Origin: a virus
Lineage: Duplodnaviria > Caudoviricetes
IMG/VR virus record: IMGVR_UViG_2751186034_000001
Location: 9,246-73,245 of that record
Length of the DNA stretch: 64,000 nucleotides
Direction: 5' to 3' (one strand)
Shown: positions 1 to 8,117 of the stretch, piece after piece
Position numbering within the stretch: the stretch's first letter is position 1
Layout: the number at the start of each line of letters is the position of its first letter
Notes under the pieces: generated by a model
Databases searched by the model: none
Told to the model about the DNA's origin: nothing
Seen by the model: only the letters and a program-made list of their open reading frames with translations
Made by a program: the position numbers and the translations under genes

Positions 1-685
1 CATCCGGCCGTGCGAAATGTCGTCGCACGCCGTCAAGCAATTCGGAGGATGCGCTGCCGTCGCCCTCCCTGGACAGTACCGTGACCATGACTTCACCTGG
101 AGCGGTGCGCCGCGCATTGCCATCCTTGACTTGGGCCGCGTAACCGTCCGGGTCGAAGGTGTAGCTGACGGTAACCACGCCGGGAGTGGCGCTCTGCACC
201 TTGACCGACGGCCGTTCACCCAGGGTGAAGACCTCGCGTCGATACTGCATCCGCGAGCCTGCCGCCGGTGCATGGGGTGCCAGGTAGTAGCGCAGACGGG
301 CATCGTCGTCGCTTTCCAGAATGGGTGGTATCGGCGGGAATGCGGCCGGGTCGCCAGGGTCGAGGACTTGGCGTTCCAGCCCCATGTCGGCAAGGCGTGC
401 ATCCAAGTTGCTGCCGGTTGCCCACCACGCCAGCATCTGCTTGATACGGGCGTTGTACTTGCGTTCATGGGTTTGCAGGCGCACGCAAAACGCTTCCAGG
501 GCCAGGGTCAATAATTCGCTTTCATTGTCCAGACTGGCTTTGAGTTTGGGCGCGCTTTGCGGCGCACGGGTGGCCACGTAATCGATGACGAACGCCTTGA
601 ATTCCGCCAACAACGGCTCGAACGCCTCCACGGCAATAAGCGTCGGCTCCGCCAGTTGGTTCTGGCCGGGGATCAACATGCTCAT
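1..685 (-). CDS. Tailocin baseplate J-like protein (partial, runs off the left edge)
   Basis: Manual translation from ATG at 685: MSMLIPGQNQLAEPTLIAVEAFEPLLAEFKAFVIDY...QMLAWWATGSNLDARLADMGLER. ATGA overlap with the gpW stop; gpV-gpW-gpJ order. Confidence 0.85.
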   Translation of the reverse strand, partial: MSMLIPGQNQLAEPTLIAVEAFEPLLAEFKAFVIDYVATRAPQSAPKLKASLDNESELLTLALEAFCVRLQTHERKYNARIKQMLAWWATGSNLDARLADMGLERQVLDPGDPAAFPPIPPILESDDDARLRYYLAPHAPAAGSRMQYRREVFTLGERPSVKVQSATPGVVTVSYTFDPDGYAAQVKDGNARRTAPGEVMVTVLSREGDGSASSELLDGVRRHFARPD

Positions 686-1014
686 GTCACGACCTCGAAG
701 GTTTGTTGACGGTTTTTCCAGGAGCCGGCAAAACGCAGCAACAAACCAGCGCCTTGCCGCGTGGCGACGATGACCTCGGGTTGAAAATCGGCGATGCCAT
801 TCTGGGTGTTGTAGAACGCCTGCGCGGCATGGCTCTGGGCGAGGATCAGCAGGTCGTCGCCCAGGTTCTGACCAAGCAATTGCGGGATCATCGAACCGTA
901 CAGCGGGCGCTTCTGGCGAGTGCCTATGGGAGTGGTCAGCGCTCGGGTGGCGCGCTGTACGAACTGCAGCCAGTCATCCACGGCTGCCCCGGTGTTTCTA
1001 TCGATTCCGAGCAT
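682..1014 (-). CDS. Tailocin baseplate wedge protein (gpW/gp25-like)
   Basis: 110 aa, MLGIDRNTG...LTTPIGTRQKRPLYGS motif, located between gpV and gpJ. Confidence 0.85.
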   Translation of the reverse strand: MLGIDRNTGAAVDDWLQFVQRATRALTTPIGTRQKRPLYGSMIPQLLGQNLGDDLLILAQSHAAQAFYNTQNGIADFQPEVIVATRQGAGLLLRFAGSWKNRQQTFEVVT

Positions 1015-1023
1015 GGCAGATCC

Positions 1024-1635
1024 TTATGCGCTGCTGATCACACGGCCCTGGTGATCCACCACCGGGCCACTTAAATGCACTCCGCCGGCATCCAGCCGCA
1101 GGCCGGTAGCCCCCAATTGCAGGGCAATGCTGTCGGCCGTCAGTACCAGGCTGGCGGCGCCGACCTGTGCGAAGACCTGCTCCCGTGAGCCCGTGACGGT
1201 GGTGGGTCCGTTGCGCCAATTGAACAGGTGAGTGGCATCGTCGTAATCGCTTTGCGTGCCGTCCTGATAAAGGCGACGCGTCAACGTCGCCACACGGGAG
1301 ACAGGCGGAAACTGACTACTGTTGAGGCCGAACAAGGCCACGGACTGCGTCCCCCCTTCTCCACCTGCATAGTTGAGCAGCAGGCATTGCTCGCCCACAG
1401 ATGGGATGCGGGTTTCCGTCTGCGCACCGGCGCTGGGGTTGAAAAAATGAATGGCCGGGGTGAGCAAATCGCCATGCCGAACCTTGCATGTGTGGCTGGC
1501 GGCATCGACTTCCTCACATACGCCAATCCGACAAAAACTGTCGGCACGGCGGTACAGGTCTTCGAGCTGGGCCTCCATTTGCGCCAGGCGCTCGATGATC
1601 GGCCCCAGATGCATGCGTAGTAACGCGTCAAACAT
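1024..1635 (-). CDS. Tailocin baseplate spike protein (gpV-like)
   Basis: 203 aa; OB-fold N-terminus, PSVGEQCLLL motif, YDDATH beta-helix region, C-terminal His. Confidence 0.9.
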   Translation of the reverse strand: MFDALLRMHLGPIIERLAQMEAQLEDLYRRADSFCRIGVCEEVDAASHTCKVRHGDLLTPAIHFFNPSAGAQTETRIPSVGEQCLLLNYAGGEGGTQSVALFGLNSSQFPPVSRVATLTRRLYQDGTQSDYDDATHLFNWRNGPTTVTGSREQVFAQVGAASLVLTADSIALQLGATGLRLDAGGVHLSGPVVDHQGRVISSA

Positions 1636-1638
1636 GGT

Positions 1639-2154
1639 CTACTCCTGCAGAGGTCGATATTGATCGGGATCGTCGATATTCGAAACTTCCCAGGTGCAGG
1701 CAAACAGCGGTTTACCCGTAGGATCTTCGAGCAGCGGCGGCCCCAGATAGAGCGTTTGGCTGAAGGCCACCGTCCAGGTGTCGTAGTCCGTTTCGCTGGA
1801 GCCCAGAACGGAGGGTGCTGCCACAATGGCCATGGGCAGGTCGCATTGTTCGGCCGGCAGCCCCCAGCGGTTGTCTAGGGCCAGATCCATCAGTTGGCTG
1901 GCCAAGTCGCAGGCGTCAAAGGGCGCCGCACCGCTGGCAACCGTGACTTTGAGAGACACCGACAAGGCATGCGCCTTACGCCCGTCCAGGGCGCGTATTC
2001 CGGGGCCGTTACGCTCCACGCCGATCAAAATGCCGCTGGCATCCGTGGCGCCGTTGAAATCCTGGTGATTGCCCACCCGCAGGTGCGGGAACGCCAGCTT
2101 GAGCGTTTCTGCGATCGCGATGGGCAGTTGGGAAGGTTTTTCGATAAGTGTCAT
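1639..2154 (-). CDS. Tailocin conserved protein (tail completion/terminator-like)
   Basis: ORF between holin and gpV as in R-type tailocin clusters; start chosen at MTLIEK. Confidence 0.6.
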   Translation of the reverse strand: MTLIEKPSQLPIAIAETLKLAFPHLRVGNHQDFNGATDASGILIGVERNGPGIRALDGRKAHALSVSLKVTVASGAAPFDACDLASQLMDLALDNRWGLPAEQCDLPMAIVAAPSVLGSSETDYDTWTVAFSQTLYLGPPLLEDPTGKPLFACTWEVSNIDDPDQYRPLQE

Positions 2155-2175
2155 AGGGTCGCGTCCTTGCAGCAA

Positions 2176-2520
2176 TTACTGCTGATCGGGCCGCGAAGTC
2201 GGCGTCTGGTTGACCCCGATACGCTTGGCCGCCCAGCGTTCATAAAGACCGATGGCTACGTCGGCCCCCGCCATGGCGGTGAGGCAGCCGATGGCGCCGG
2301 CAGTCCAGATCGACATGCCGGCGGCGTAACACAGCATCAGGGCCGAAACCCCGCACACCATGCACGCGCCAGACCTCAAGGCCAGGCGCCGGATCAACGA
2401 CCAACCGCGGGCGCCCTCCTTGTCGGCGCGCCACATTTCGCCGGATACCCCGCCGATCAAGGCCAGTGCAATCACCAGCCAGATAGGCATTTCCGCTAAC
2501 GCTTGCTGCTCGTTTGTCAT
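2176..2520 (-). CDS. Tailocin holin
   Basis: 114 aa from MTNEQQ, three hydrophobic segments, first gene of the tailocin operon, RBS AGGAGG upstream. Confidence 0.85.
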   Translation of the reverse strand: MTNEQQALAEMPIWLVIALALIGGVSGEMWRADKEGARGWSLIRRLALRSGACMVCGVSALMLCYAAGMSIWTAGAIGCLTAMAGADVAIGLYERWAAKRIGVNQTPTSRPDQQ

Positions 2521-2594
2521 ATCACGCCTCCTGGCTGAGCAATGCCGGCTGAATGCCGGTTTTCCGGATAAATCCATTTATAGGTAGGCATTCC

Positions 2595-2619
2595 AAAAAG
2601 CCCGGTTGCCCGGGCTTTT
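2595..2619 (-). terminator. Intrinsic terminator ending the tailocin leader, upstream of holin
   Basis: Minus strand AAAAGCCCGG-GCAA-CCGGGCTTTTT. Confidence 0.8.
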
Positions 2620-2951
2620 CAGTAATGCTGTCCTCGAACCTTCGGCGCTACTGGCGCGGTACGGTTCTTTCCTCAATGTTTTTCCGACCACGATCCCTGT
2701 CTGCCGGATAACTGCTTCTGGTGCTTTACGCTGCACACCCGGGTCAGTTGCCAACCCTCTGAACCGTTAAGGCCGGTTCATCGCTGCCTGTTTCTTGTAA
2801 AGCGGTGTCACTAAAGAGCGTCGGCATCCTTGCCGGTATTGCCTGCCATCCCTGCCATCGCTGTGATGGCGTCCTTGCCGATGTTGCTTGCCTTCCTTGT
2901 CATCCTTGGCAGCATCCTTGCCGCCTCCACCAGGCCTTGTTGGCTGGCTTG
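2595..2951 (-). ncRNA. Putative ~355-nt tailocin leader RNA/sRNA with clustered CA(A/G)GGA hairpins (Rsm/Csr-type) and a boxA-like motif
   Basis: Bounded by a sigma70 promoter and a terminator. Five CAAGGA and one CAGGGA in 2827-2920, three in hairpin loops. CGCTCTTTAG at 2811-2820. Confidence 0.55.
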
Positions 2952-2957
2952 AGATGA

Positions 2958-2986
2958 AGAATATGCATGTATGCATATACAGTCAA
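2958..2986 (-). promoter_or_regulatory. sigma70 promoter of the tailocin operon
   Basis: TTGACT (2986-2981), 17-nt spacer, TATTCT (2963-2958). Confidence 0.75.
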
Positions 2987-3030
2987 TGCGTAAATGCATT
3001 TATTTTCACTCAGGATATGCTCATGTGCAT
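2963..3030. promoter_or_regulatory. Three ATGC-N6-GCAT palindromes (candidate PrtR operators)
   Basis: Exact palindromes at 2963-2976, 2986-2999 and 3017-3030; a fourth copy lies at 3889-3902. Confidence 0.65.
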
Positions 3031-3073
3031 TTTTGGCTTGGCGATTCAAGGGGTTACTGGCTTTTGGCAGGCG

Positions 3074-3101
3074 AAAAAAAACCCGCTGCTTGGCGGGTTT
3101 T
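3074..3101 (-). terminator. Terminator of prtR-like gene
   Basis: Minus strand ACCCGC-CAAGCA-GCGGGT followed by a T run. Confidence 0.8.
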
Positions 3102-3117
3102 GTCCTACTGAATTGGG

Positions 3118-3852
3118 TTAACGCGCGTACATGCCCCACCAGAACACATGGCCGAGGATACTGATCTGCTCGTCCTGGATTTCCTGGAAACTGTAGTCCT
3201 CGTCCGGATGCTCGTCGCGATTGAAGCTGCGCAGACGAATCCGGGATGGCAGGCGATAGAGCTGTTTGACCCGCAATTGGCCATTGTGATTGATGGCATA
3301 CAGATCGCCATCGACGATATCGCCGATGCCGCTCTTGCCCGCATTGACCCCGACGGTTGCGCCATCGCGCAGCACTGGCAACATGCTGTTGCCGCGCACC
3401 GTCACACACTTGGCCTGGTCGAATTGCACACCATTGTGTCGCAAGCTGCGCTTTCCAAAACGCAGGCTGGCTTTCTCGCTTTCCTCGATGACGAATCTTC
3501 CTGATCCAGCAGCCAATTCAACCTCGCGCAGAAAGGGGATCGACACCTCATCGTCATTGATAGGGGTGTCGTCGTCCCACAGGCTTATGTCCTTGAGTTC
3601 CGAATGCATCGGGTCGCGCCCGTCGTCCCGCGCAGCGCCTACGGCCACGCGCCCGCGCAGTTGGTCGGTGCTCACGCCAAAGTATTCGGCAATGCGGGAG
3701 ATATGCTTGTCAGACGGATCGACAATCTTGCCGCTGAGGATCCGAGACAGCGTGGACTGAGGCACACCGGTACGCCGGTGAAGCTCCGTTGGGGAGATCC
3801 GGTCGCGGTCCAGCAATTCTCTTAATACGATAGAAACGTTGCGTTTTTGCAT
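3118..3852 (-). CDS. prtR: PrtR-like tailocin repressor (XRE HTH + S24 autopeptidase)
   Basis: HTH (SPTELHRRTGVPQSTLSRIL), AAGSG cleavage site, GNSM serine and RVKQL lysine; divergent from the original mutS start. Confidence 0.85.
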   Translation of the reverse strand: MQKRNVSIVLRELLDRDRISPTELHRRTGVPQSTLSRILSGKIVDPSDKHISRIAEYFGVSTDQLRGRVAVGAARDDGRDPMHSELKDISLWDDDTPINDDEVSIPFLREVELAAGSGRFVIEESEKASLRFGKRSLRHNGVQFDQAKCVTVRGNSMLPVLRDGATVGVNAGKSGIGDIVDGDLYAINHNGQLRVKQLYRLPSRIRLRSFNRDEHPDEDYSFQEIQDEQISILGHVFWWGMYAR

Positions 3853-3888
3853 AACGGCGATAGTGCCGGGTGTTTTGCAGCTTGGCAA

Positions 3889-3902
3889 ATGCTAATTTGC
3901 AT
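3889..3902. promoter_or_regulatory. ATGC-N6-GCAT palindrome upstream of prtR (autoregulatory site candidate)
   Basis: ATGCTAATTTGCAT matches the three sites at the tailocin promoter. Confidence 0.6.
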
Positions 3903-4072
3903 ATTTTATGCACAGGTCGCGCTGTATCAGGGGCAGCGTCTCTGCGTTTTGTACACCGGTTTGCAACCTGCGAAGCGCCGACTTCACATGTTAACCTTGC
4001 GGCCATTGCAATAAGCAGGGCCGAGCGCCCCACCTTTGCCCCACTCCTTTCAACGAATTTGCTAACTATCTG

Positions 4073-4168
4073 ATGAGTAAGAACACGTCCGATCTGTCCT
4101 CCCACACCCCGATGATGCAGCAGTATGGGCTTGATCGATGCGCAAGCCACGTTAGGCGGGGCTTTTAA
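4073..4168 (+). pseudogene. mutS: Stranded native 5' end of mutS, fused to phage DNA
   Basis: Encodes [18 protein letters not shown] then [25 protein letters not shown] is identical to the MutS N-terminus at 61421. Confidence 0.9.
4102..4125 (+). repeat. attL core
   Basis: CCACACCCCgATGATGCAGCAGTA, 23/24 identical to 61438-61461; perfect 14-bp core ATGATGCAGCAGTA. Confidence 0.9.
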
Positions 4169-4175
4169 GGTTCCT

Positions 4176-4251
4176 CTGTCTAAAACCCTAGCGTCATTTT
4201 GGAGGCTTTAGGGGCAATAAAACCGGGTTAACGGCAGGCAGTATTAGACAG
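4176..4251. promoter_or_regulatory. Candidate integrase arm-type sites inside attL
   Basis: CTGTCTA (reverse complement TAGACAG) at 4176-4182; AGTATTAGACAG at 4240-4251, also present at 61368-61379. Confidence 0.6.
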
Positions 4252-4338
4252 TGAACCCCCCCCCGGCGTCCTGCCGATCTATATCAAATCCCAAGCTTCA
4301 AACGGCTGCTAAGCTGGTCACTCAAAAGAGGAAAAAGC

Positions 4339-4548
4339 ATGCCGAATTCAGACCTACTCCCCTCCCTGGTTACCAAGCTCTATGAAAATCAGCTGGCACT
4401 CGAAGCATCGATCATGGAGCTATCAAACTGGGTGGAGCAACGCGGCTCCGCTGAGGTCGCTGCGAATGTACGCGGCGCACTGGACACGCTCAGTCACAAT
4501 GAGGAATTCATCAAGCTCACATTGGCGGTGTTGATGTCGCCAGAGTGA
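4339..4548 (+). CDS. Hypothetical phage protein (69 aa)
   Basis: ORF with GAGGA RBS and helical composition. Confidence 0.6.
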   Translation: MPNSDLLPSLVTKLYENQLALEASIMELSNWVEQRGSAEVAANVRGALDTLSHNEEFIKLTLAVLMSPE

Positions 4549-4595
4549 CGCCATACAGCTCGTCGCTTCGAATCGCATCAGTGGCAAAGCTGGAT

Positions 4596-4615
4596 TACTG
4601 TATACACATACAGTA
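4596..4615. promoter_or_regulatory. LexA (SOS) box
   Basis: TACTGTATACACATACAGTA, near-perfect CTGT-N8-ACAG consensus, 20 bp upstream of the ORF at 4636. Confidence 0.85.
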
Positions 4616-4635
4616 AAAAATAAGCAGTCACTCAC

Positions 4636-5361
4636 ATGCCCCCTACAGAACTAAAAAAGGAATGGCTCGCCAAATGGCGGAGAATCCTCGACGACAACGC
4701 GTCCCGGATCGATAACCCCGAAGCTCATCGAATGATGTGCCGTTGGGAGACTCGTGACATGTTAGAGGCAGGGGTCATCGATGAGATGGAAAAATTTGAG
4801 ATGGATGAGCTGGCCGACGCGGCTTACTGGCATGCCGTTGAAGAGCTGGTCACCACACCTGCGGGATACACGTATGGCGGCTACTATGACGTCATTCAAC
4901 GAGCAACATCGGAGTGCGTCGGGTACATCCGAAGCAACACCTATTACTCAGCGCTCGGCCCAGGTGCTGATGGGTTTGATGGAAAGGTGTTTCGCGACAA
5001 GAATGATTTGCGACTGGTGTTCCGCAACGACAACCAGACTTGGGCGATAAATGGGTTGTTGCTTACCGCGCCATCTGGTGAGCTGTACGATCTGGTACAG
5101 ACCGCGCAATTTATCTATGGGCAGGTCTACCCAGTTATCTGCGATGCCGATATCTACCGTGCGCTGGTAGATTGCGCACAGGTCGCCTTGGAGAGCCGCG
5201 ATTTTGAGAGCTATCGCAAGGCCCGTCCTCTACTGCTCTCCGCCCAGTTCACCAAGTGCGGTGCCTGCCTGGACCGATTCGGACAGCGCGAAGATTGCAG
5301 CAACTGCACAGGTAACGGCTTTGTCAGTACAGCTGGCACTCAGCCGACGTCGTCCGCATAA
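4636..5361 (+). CDS. SOS-regulated hypothetical protein: N-terminal small helical domain, C-terminal CxxC-CxxCxGxG zinc finger
   Basis: 241 aa; CGAC...CSNCTGNG at the C-terminus; N-terminus aligns with the ORFs at 5340, 44247 and 45375. Confidence 0.7.
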   Translation: MPPTELKKEWLAKWRRILDDNASRIDNPEAHRMMCRWETRDMLEAGVIDEMEKFEMDELADAAYWHAVEELVTTPAGYTYGGYYDVIQRATSECVGYIRSNTYYSALGPGADGFDGKVFRDKNDLRLVFRNDNQTWAINGLLLTAPSGELYDLVQTAQFIYGQVYPVICDADIYRALVDCAQVALESRDFESYRKARPLLLSAQFTKCGACLDRFGQREDCSNCTGNGFVSTAGTQPTSSA

Positions 5362-5549
5362 CCTGCAACAGCCTCCTCGACCAGCTCGCGCCATTCTCCG
5401 CTGTCGATCACGCCTCGCTCCAACATGTTGTCGGCCAGTGCGAGGCGCGTTTCATAGCGATACTCAGGGCCGCCTGCCGTGAATTCGGCGTCATTGAGCA
5501 GCGCATGCCACGCTTCCATCTCGTTGACCTTCTGTATATCAGTTGTCAT
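5340..5549 (-). CDS. Small hypothetical protein (paralog family member)
   Basis: 69 aa with W...PE..Y...ADNMLERGVIDSGEWRELV motif; divergent from SRAP. Confidence 0.65.
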   Translation of the reverse strand: MTTDIQKVNEMEAWHALLNDAEFTAGGPEYRYETRLALADNMLERGVIDSGEWRELVEEAVAGYADDVG

Positions 5550-5632
5550 GACGAATCTCCGGTGCCGGTGTCTACAGTGTAGAGATCGGCCGGCGCGCGG
5601 CTGTTCATCAAGCCCGACGAGCGGAGACAGTT

Positions 5633-6322
5633 ATGTGCGGACGCCTTTCACAGTACAGCGGCATTCATGACTTCGTTGCGGCCCTCAGCATGCCGAACGC
5701 CATGGTCAACTCGGTCGGCGAACTGCCCCTGGAGCGATACAACGTCGCCCCCACCACCCAGGTCGCCGTGCTCCACGTACAGGGCGAACTCCTTTTGGCT
5801 GATCCGGTGCGCTGGGGATGGAGACCGCACTGGGCAACGGATCGCGCCGCGCCGATCAATGCCCGCGTCGAGAAAGTCGCCCACGGCCCGTTCTTCCGGG
5901 CAATCTGGCCGCACCGTGCAATCACACCAATCAATAACTGGTTTGAATGGGTCGATGAAGGCGGGCAGAAGAAACAGCCCTATCTGATCCGACGGCGCGA
6001 CGGGGCGCCGATCTACTGCGCCGCTATTGGCCAGCTACCCAACGCTAACGAAGGCCCAGGTGAGCATGACGGATTTGTGATCATCACTGCCGACAGCGCA
6101 GGCGGCATGGTGGACATCCATGACCGGCGGCCCGTGGTGCTGAATCCCGAACTGGCTCGCGAATGGTTGGACCCGGCCACCCCCAAGGAGCGCGCCGAGC
6201 AGATGGTGCTCCATCAGGGCGAGCCGGCCGAGGTGTTCGAGTGGTACAAGGTCGACACAGCCGTGGGCAATGTGCGCAACAAAGGCGAGACGCTGATAAC
6301 GCAAATTGGAGGTGTCAGCTGA
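5633..6322 (+). CDS. SOS response-associated peptidase (SRAP/YedK/HMCES family)
   Basis: N-terminal MCGR, RYNVAPT, NARVE, FEW and HDRRPVVL motifs. Confidence 0.95.
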   Translation: MCGRLSQYSGIHDFVAALSMPNAMVNSVGELPLERYNVAPTTQVAVLHVQGELLLADPVRWGWRPHWATDRAAPINARVEKVAHGPFFRAIWPHRAITPINNWFEWVDEGGQKKQPYLIRRRDGAPIYCAAIGQLPNANEGPGEHDGFVIITADSAGGMVDIHDRRPVVLNPELAREWLDPATPKERAEQMVLHQGEPAEVFEWYKVDTAVGNVRNKGETLITQIGGVS

Positions 6323-6473
6323 AAATCCACATGACAAAAAGTACGGCACTGATCCAACAGACCGTGAGAAGGATTGAGAGGCCCGCCAGTTGCTTGTCCA
6401 TAAGGCACTGTCATTTTTGAGAACAAAAAGAATGGCCTCGATTTTTCGAATACGCAACGATGACTAATAGCCA

Positions 6474-6980
6474 TTATTGCGTGATGGTCCTTACGTATGC
6501 CTGGCATGCCCGTAAAGCAATCAGTCCTCGATCCCCGTCGCCGGTGATGCCGAGAATTCTTTGAGCATGCGCTGGGTCAAGTTGGGCTCGACGGGCTGCA
6601 TGAACCACGCCGACGGCGCCGGTGGCGGTAGGCACGTTGCAGCCACCGGCTGTATCGGCTGCGTCGATAAGGACTGACAGCCGCACATCAGCAGTGGCAA
6701 GGCGATCGCGCAGAGCAGCTTGGGTACGTTGGGCATCGGTCAATTCCTTGGTGTGTTGTTGGTCCTGGATGGCCAACTGTTGCTCGGTGGCCAGGCGCTT
6801 GTCCTGCTCGGCGCGCGCTTGGGCGGAGGCAGCATTGGTGATCTCCGCCAGGTCCATCTGGTGCAGGTTGACCTGTTCGGCGAGCTTCTTGCCCATCCGC
6901 CAGTCCTGCACCTGCCAGGTGCCAGCGGCGCTAAGGACCATCGCCAGTAGGATCGCGCCCAGAATCTGCCCGGGCGTCAC
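6474..6980 (-). CDS. Rz-like inner-membrane spanin
   Basis: GTG start overlapping the endolysin stop, N-terminal TM, coiled coil, IALRACQAYV C-terminus. Confidence 0.9.
   Translation of the reverse strand: MTPGQILGAILLAMVLSAAGTWQVQDWRMGKKLAEQVNLHQMDLAEITNAASAQARAEQDKRLATEQQLAIQDQQHTKELTDAQRTQAALRDRLATADVRLSVLIDAADTAGGCNVPTATGAVGVVHAARRAQLDPAHAQRILGITGDGDRGLIALRACQAYVRTITQ
6521..6736 (-). CDS. Rz1-like outer-membrane spanin lipoprotein, embedded in Rz
   Basis: Lipobox LMCGC and a proline-rich stretch (CLPPPAPSAW), nested in the alternate frame. Confidence 0.8.
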   Translation of the reverse strand: MPNVPKLLCAIALPLLMCGCQSLSTQPIQPVAATCLPPPAPSAWFMQPVEPNLTQRMLKEFSASPATGIED

Positions 6981-7486
6981 GACATCACCCCGCCCGCCAG
7001 CCGGTACTGCTTCAGCAGATCCTCCAGGCGGTGTTCGCGCTGCCCGTATCCCGCGCCGGGCAGACTGGCCCAGATGTTCCGGCACTTCGCGATAGCCGTT
7101 TCAATCCGCCCGGCCACCACGTCGGGCAAAGCCCTGCACTCGCGTATGTGCTGCAGCGCCAGAAGGTCTTGGCTGATCGGGCTGAAGTCCGGCAGCTTGA
7201 GCAGCGCCTTGTAGTGCGGCCAGTCCTTCAGCATCTGCTGGTATCGGCCGGAAGCATTGGACGTCAGCCCCTTGCTGTTGATGACCTTCGACGCGCGCCC
7301 CTTGGCGAACGGGTGATCTGTGAAGTCCTTGAAGACCTCGGGCTTACGATCGGCTCCGGTGACGATCACGTCGTAACCGTCCATGGCCGTGGCCGGAGAT
7401 GTGCTGGTGCCCTCGGACCAGGCGAGCATGTCGAGGAACGCCAACGCGTTACGCCCGCCGGCGAGTGATTCGGAAAGTCGTGCCAT
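6977..7486 (-). CDS. Endolysin, lambda R-like lysozyme/transglycosylase
   Basis: AFLDMLAWSEGT, ASGRYQ, DFSPISQD and WASLPGAGYGQREH motifs. Confidence 0.9.
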   Translation of the reverse strand: MARLSESLAGGRNALAFLDMLAWSEGTSTSPATAMDGYDVIVTGADRKPEVFKDFTDHPFAKGRASKVINSKGLTSNASGRYQQMLKDWPHYKALLKLPDFSPISQDLLALQHIRECRALPDVVAGRIETAIAKCRNIWASLPGAGYGQREHRLEDLLKQYRLAGGVMS

Positions 7487-7501
7487 TGCTTTTCTCCAGG
7501 C

Positions 7502-7527
7502 AAAAAAAATACCCGCTCGTGGCGGGT
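7502..7527 (-). terminator. Late-operon terminator upstream of endolysin
   Basis: ACCCGC-N5-GCGGGT plus T run, continuing into GCCTGGAGAAA RBS. Confidence 0.7.
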
Positions 7528-7546
7528 GGCGGTGTTCGGCAGAAAC

Positions 7547-7759
7547 TCAAGACGCTGGTGGAGGGCTCAGCCGGTTGATGGTTGCGCGGGCGGCTGTGCG
7601 CGCCTCTTTGATGTCGTCCGGGATGGGCGTGCCATCCTCAAGCAGGGCGAAGGCATGCCAGTTGGTTTCCTTCAGGTATGCGTGGGCCTGGTCCAGGCTG
7701 ATCTCGTCCGCCAGATCCTGCGCCGTCTTGATCGGTTCAAGCTGGCTCAAATCCACCAT
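7547..7759 (-). CDS. Small tail-fibre-associated protein
   Basis: 70 aa (AYLKETNWH...IPDDIKEARTAAR), directly downstream of the fibre genes. Confidence 0.6.
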   Translation of the reverse strand: MVDLSQLEPIKTAQDLADEISLDQAHAYLKETNWHAFALLEDGTPIPDDIKEARTAARATINRLSPPPAS

Positions 7760-8117
7760 TTTCGGGTTCCTCTATAAAGGTCGGCAGTTCAACAATCGGG
7801 GCAATAGGCGGGGTTGTATCAGGGAATGGAACTGCCCCGCTTTGAATATCGATAATGATTGGCTCGGCTGGATTACGGGACTCTTCAGGGCTATCCCAGT
7901 GGACTGGAAGAAGTAGCGTAAAGTTAAGAACCCCGTCAACTCGTTCGATGTAGTCCGTATCTAGGAAGAACCGATTACCGACCGCACTACCGGGCAAACG
8001 GTATCCTGCGGGAATTCCGGATAGGTCGATAGTCTCTCTGTTAATAGTGATTACGTCACCCTTAACCGATGCCTCCAGCAGATCATTAGTCAAAAACGGG
8101 AATAACTTAATCTTCAT
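7737..8117 (-). CDS. Tail fibre assembly/chaperone-like protein
   Basis: 126 aa immediately after the tail fibre gene, with coupled overlap. Confidence 0.6.
   Translation of the reverse strand: MKIKLFPFLTNDLLEASVKGDVITINRETIDLSGIPAGYRLPGSAVGNRFFLDTDYIERVDGVLNFTLLLPVHWDSPEESRNPAEPIIIDIQSGAVPFPDTTPPIAPIVELPTFIEEPENGGFEPA

Noticed and set aside
17-514. Plus-strand ORFs over the tailocin genes
   Set aside because: Antisense shadows of the gpJ/gpW/gpV coding strand.
2820-2930. CATCCTTG repeats as a CRISPR array
   Set aside because: Repeats are too short and irregular, there are no unique spacers, and no cas genes are present.
2767-2999. 62-aa and 69-aa minus-strand ORFs in the tailocin leader
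   Set aside because: Both start upstream of the predicted TSS, lack an RBS, and have low-complexity sequence explained by the GGA repeats. A non-coding reading fits better but is not proven.
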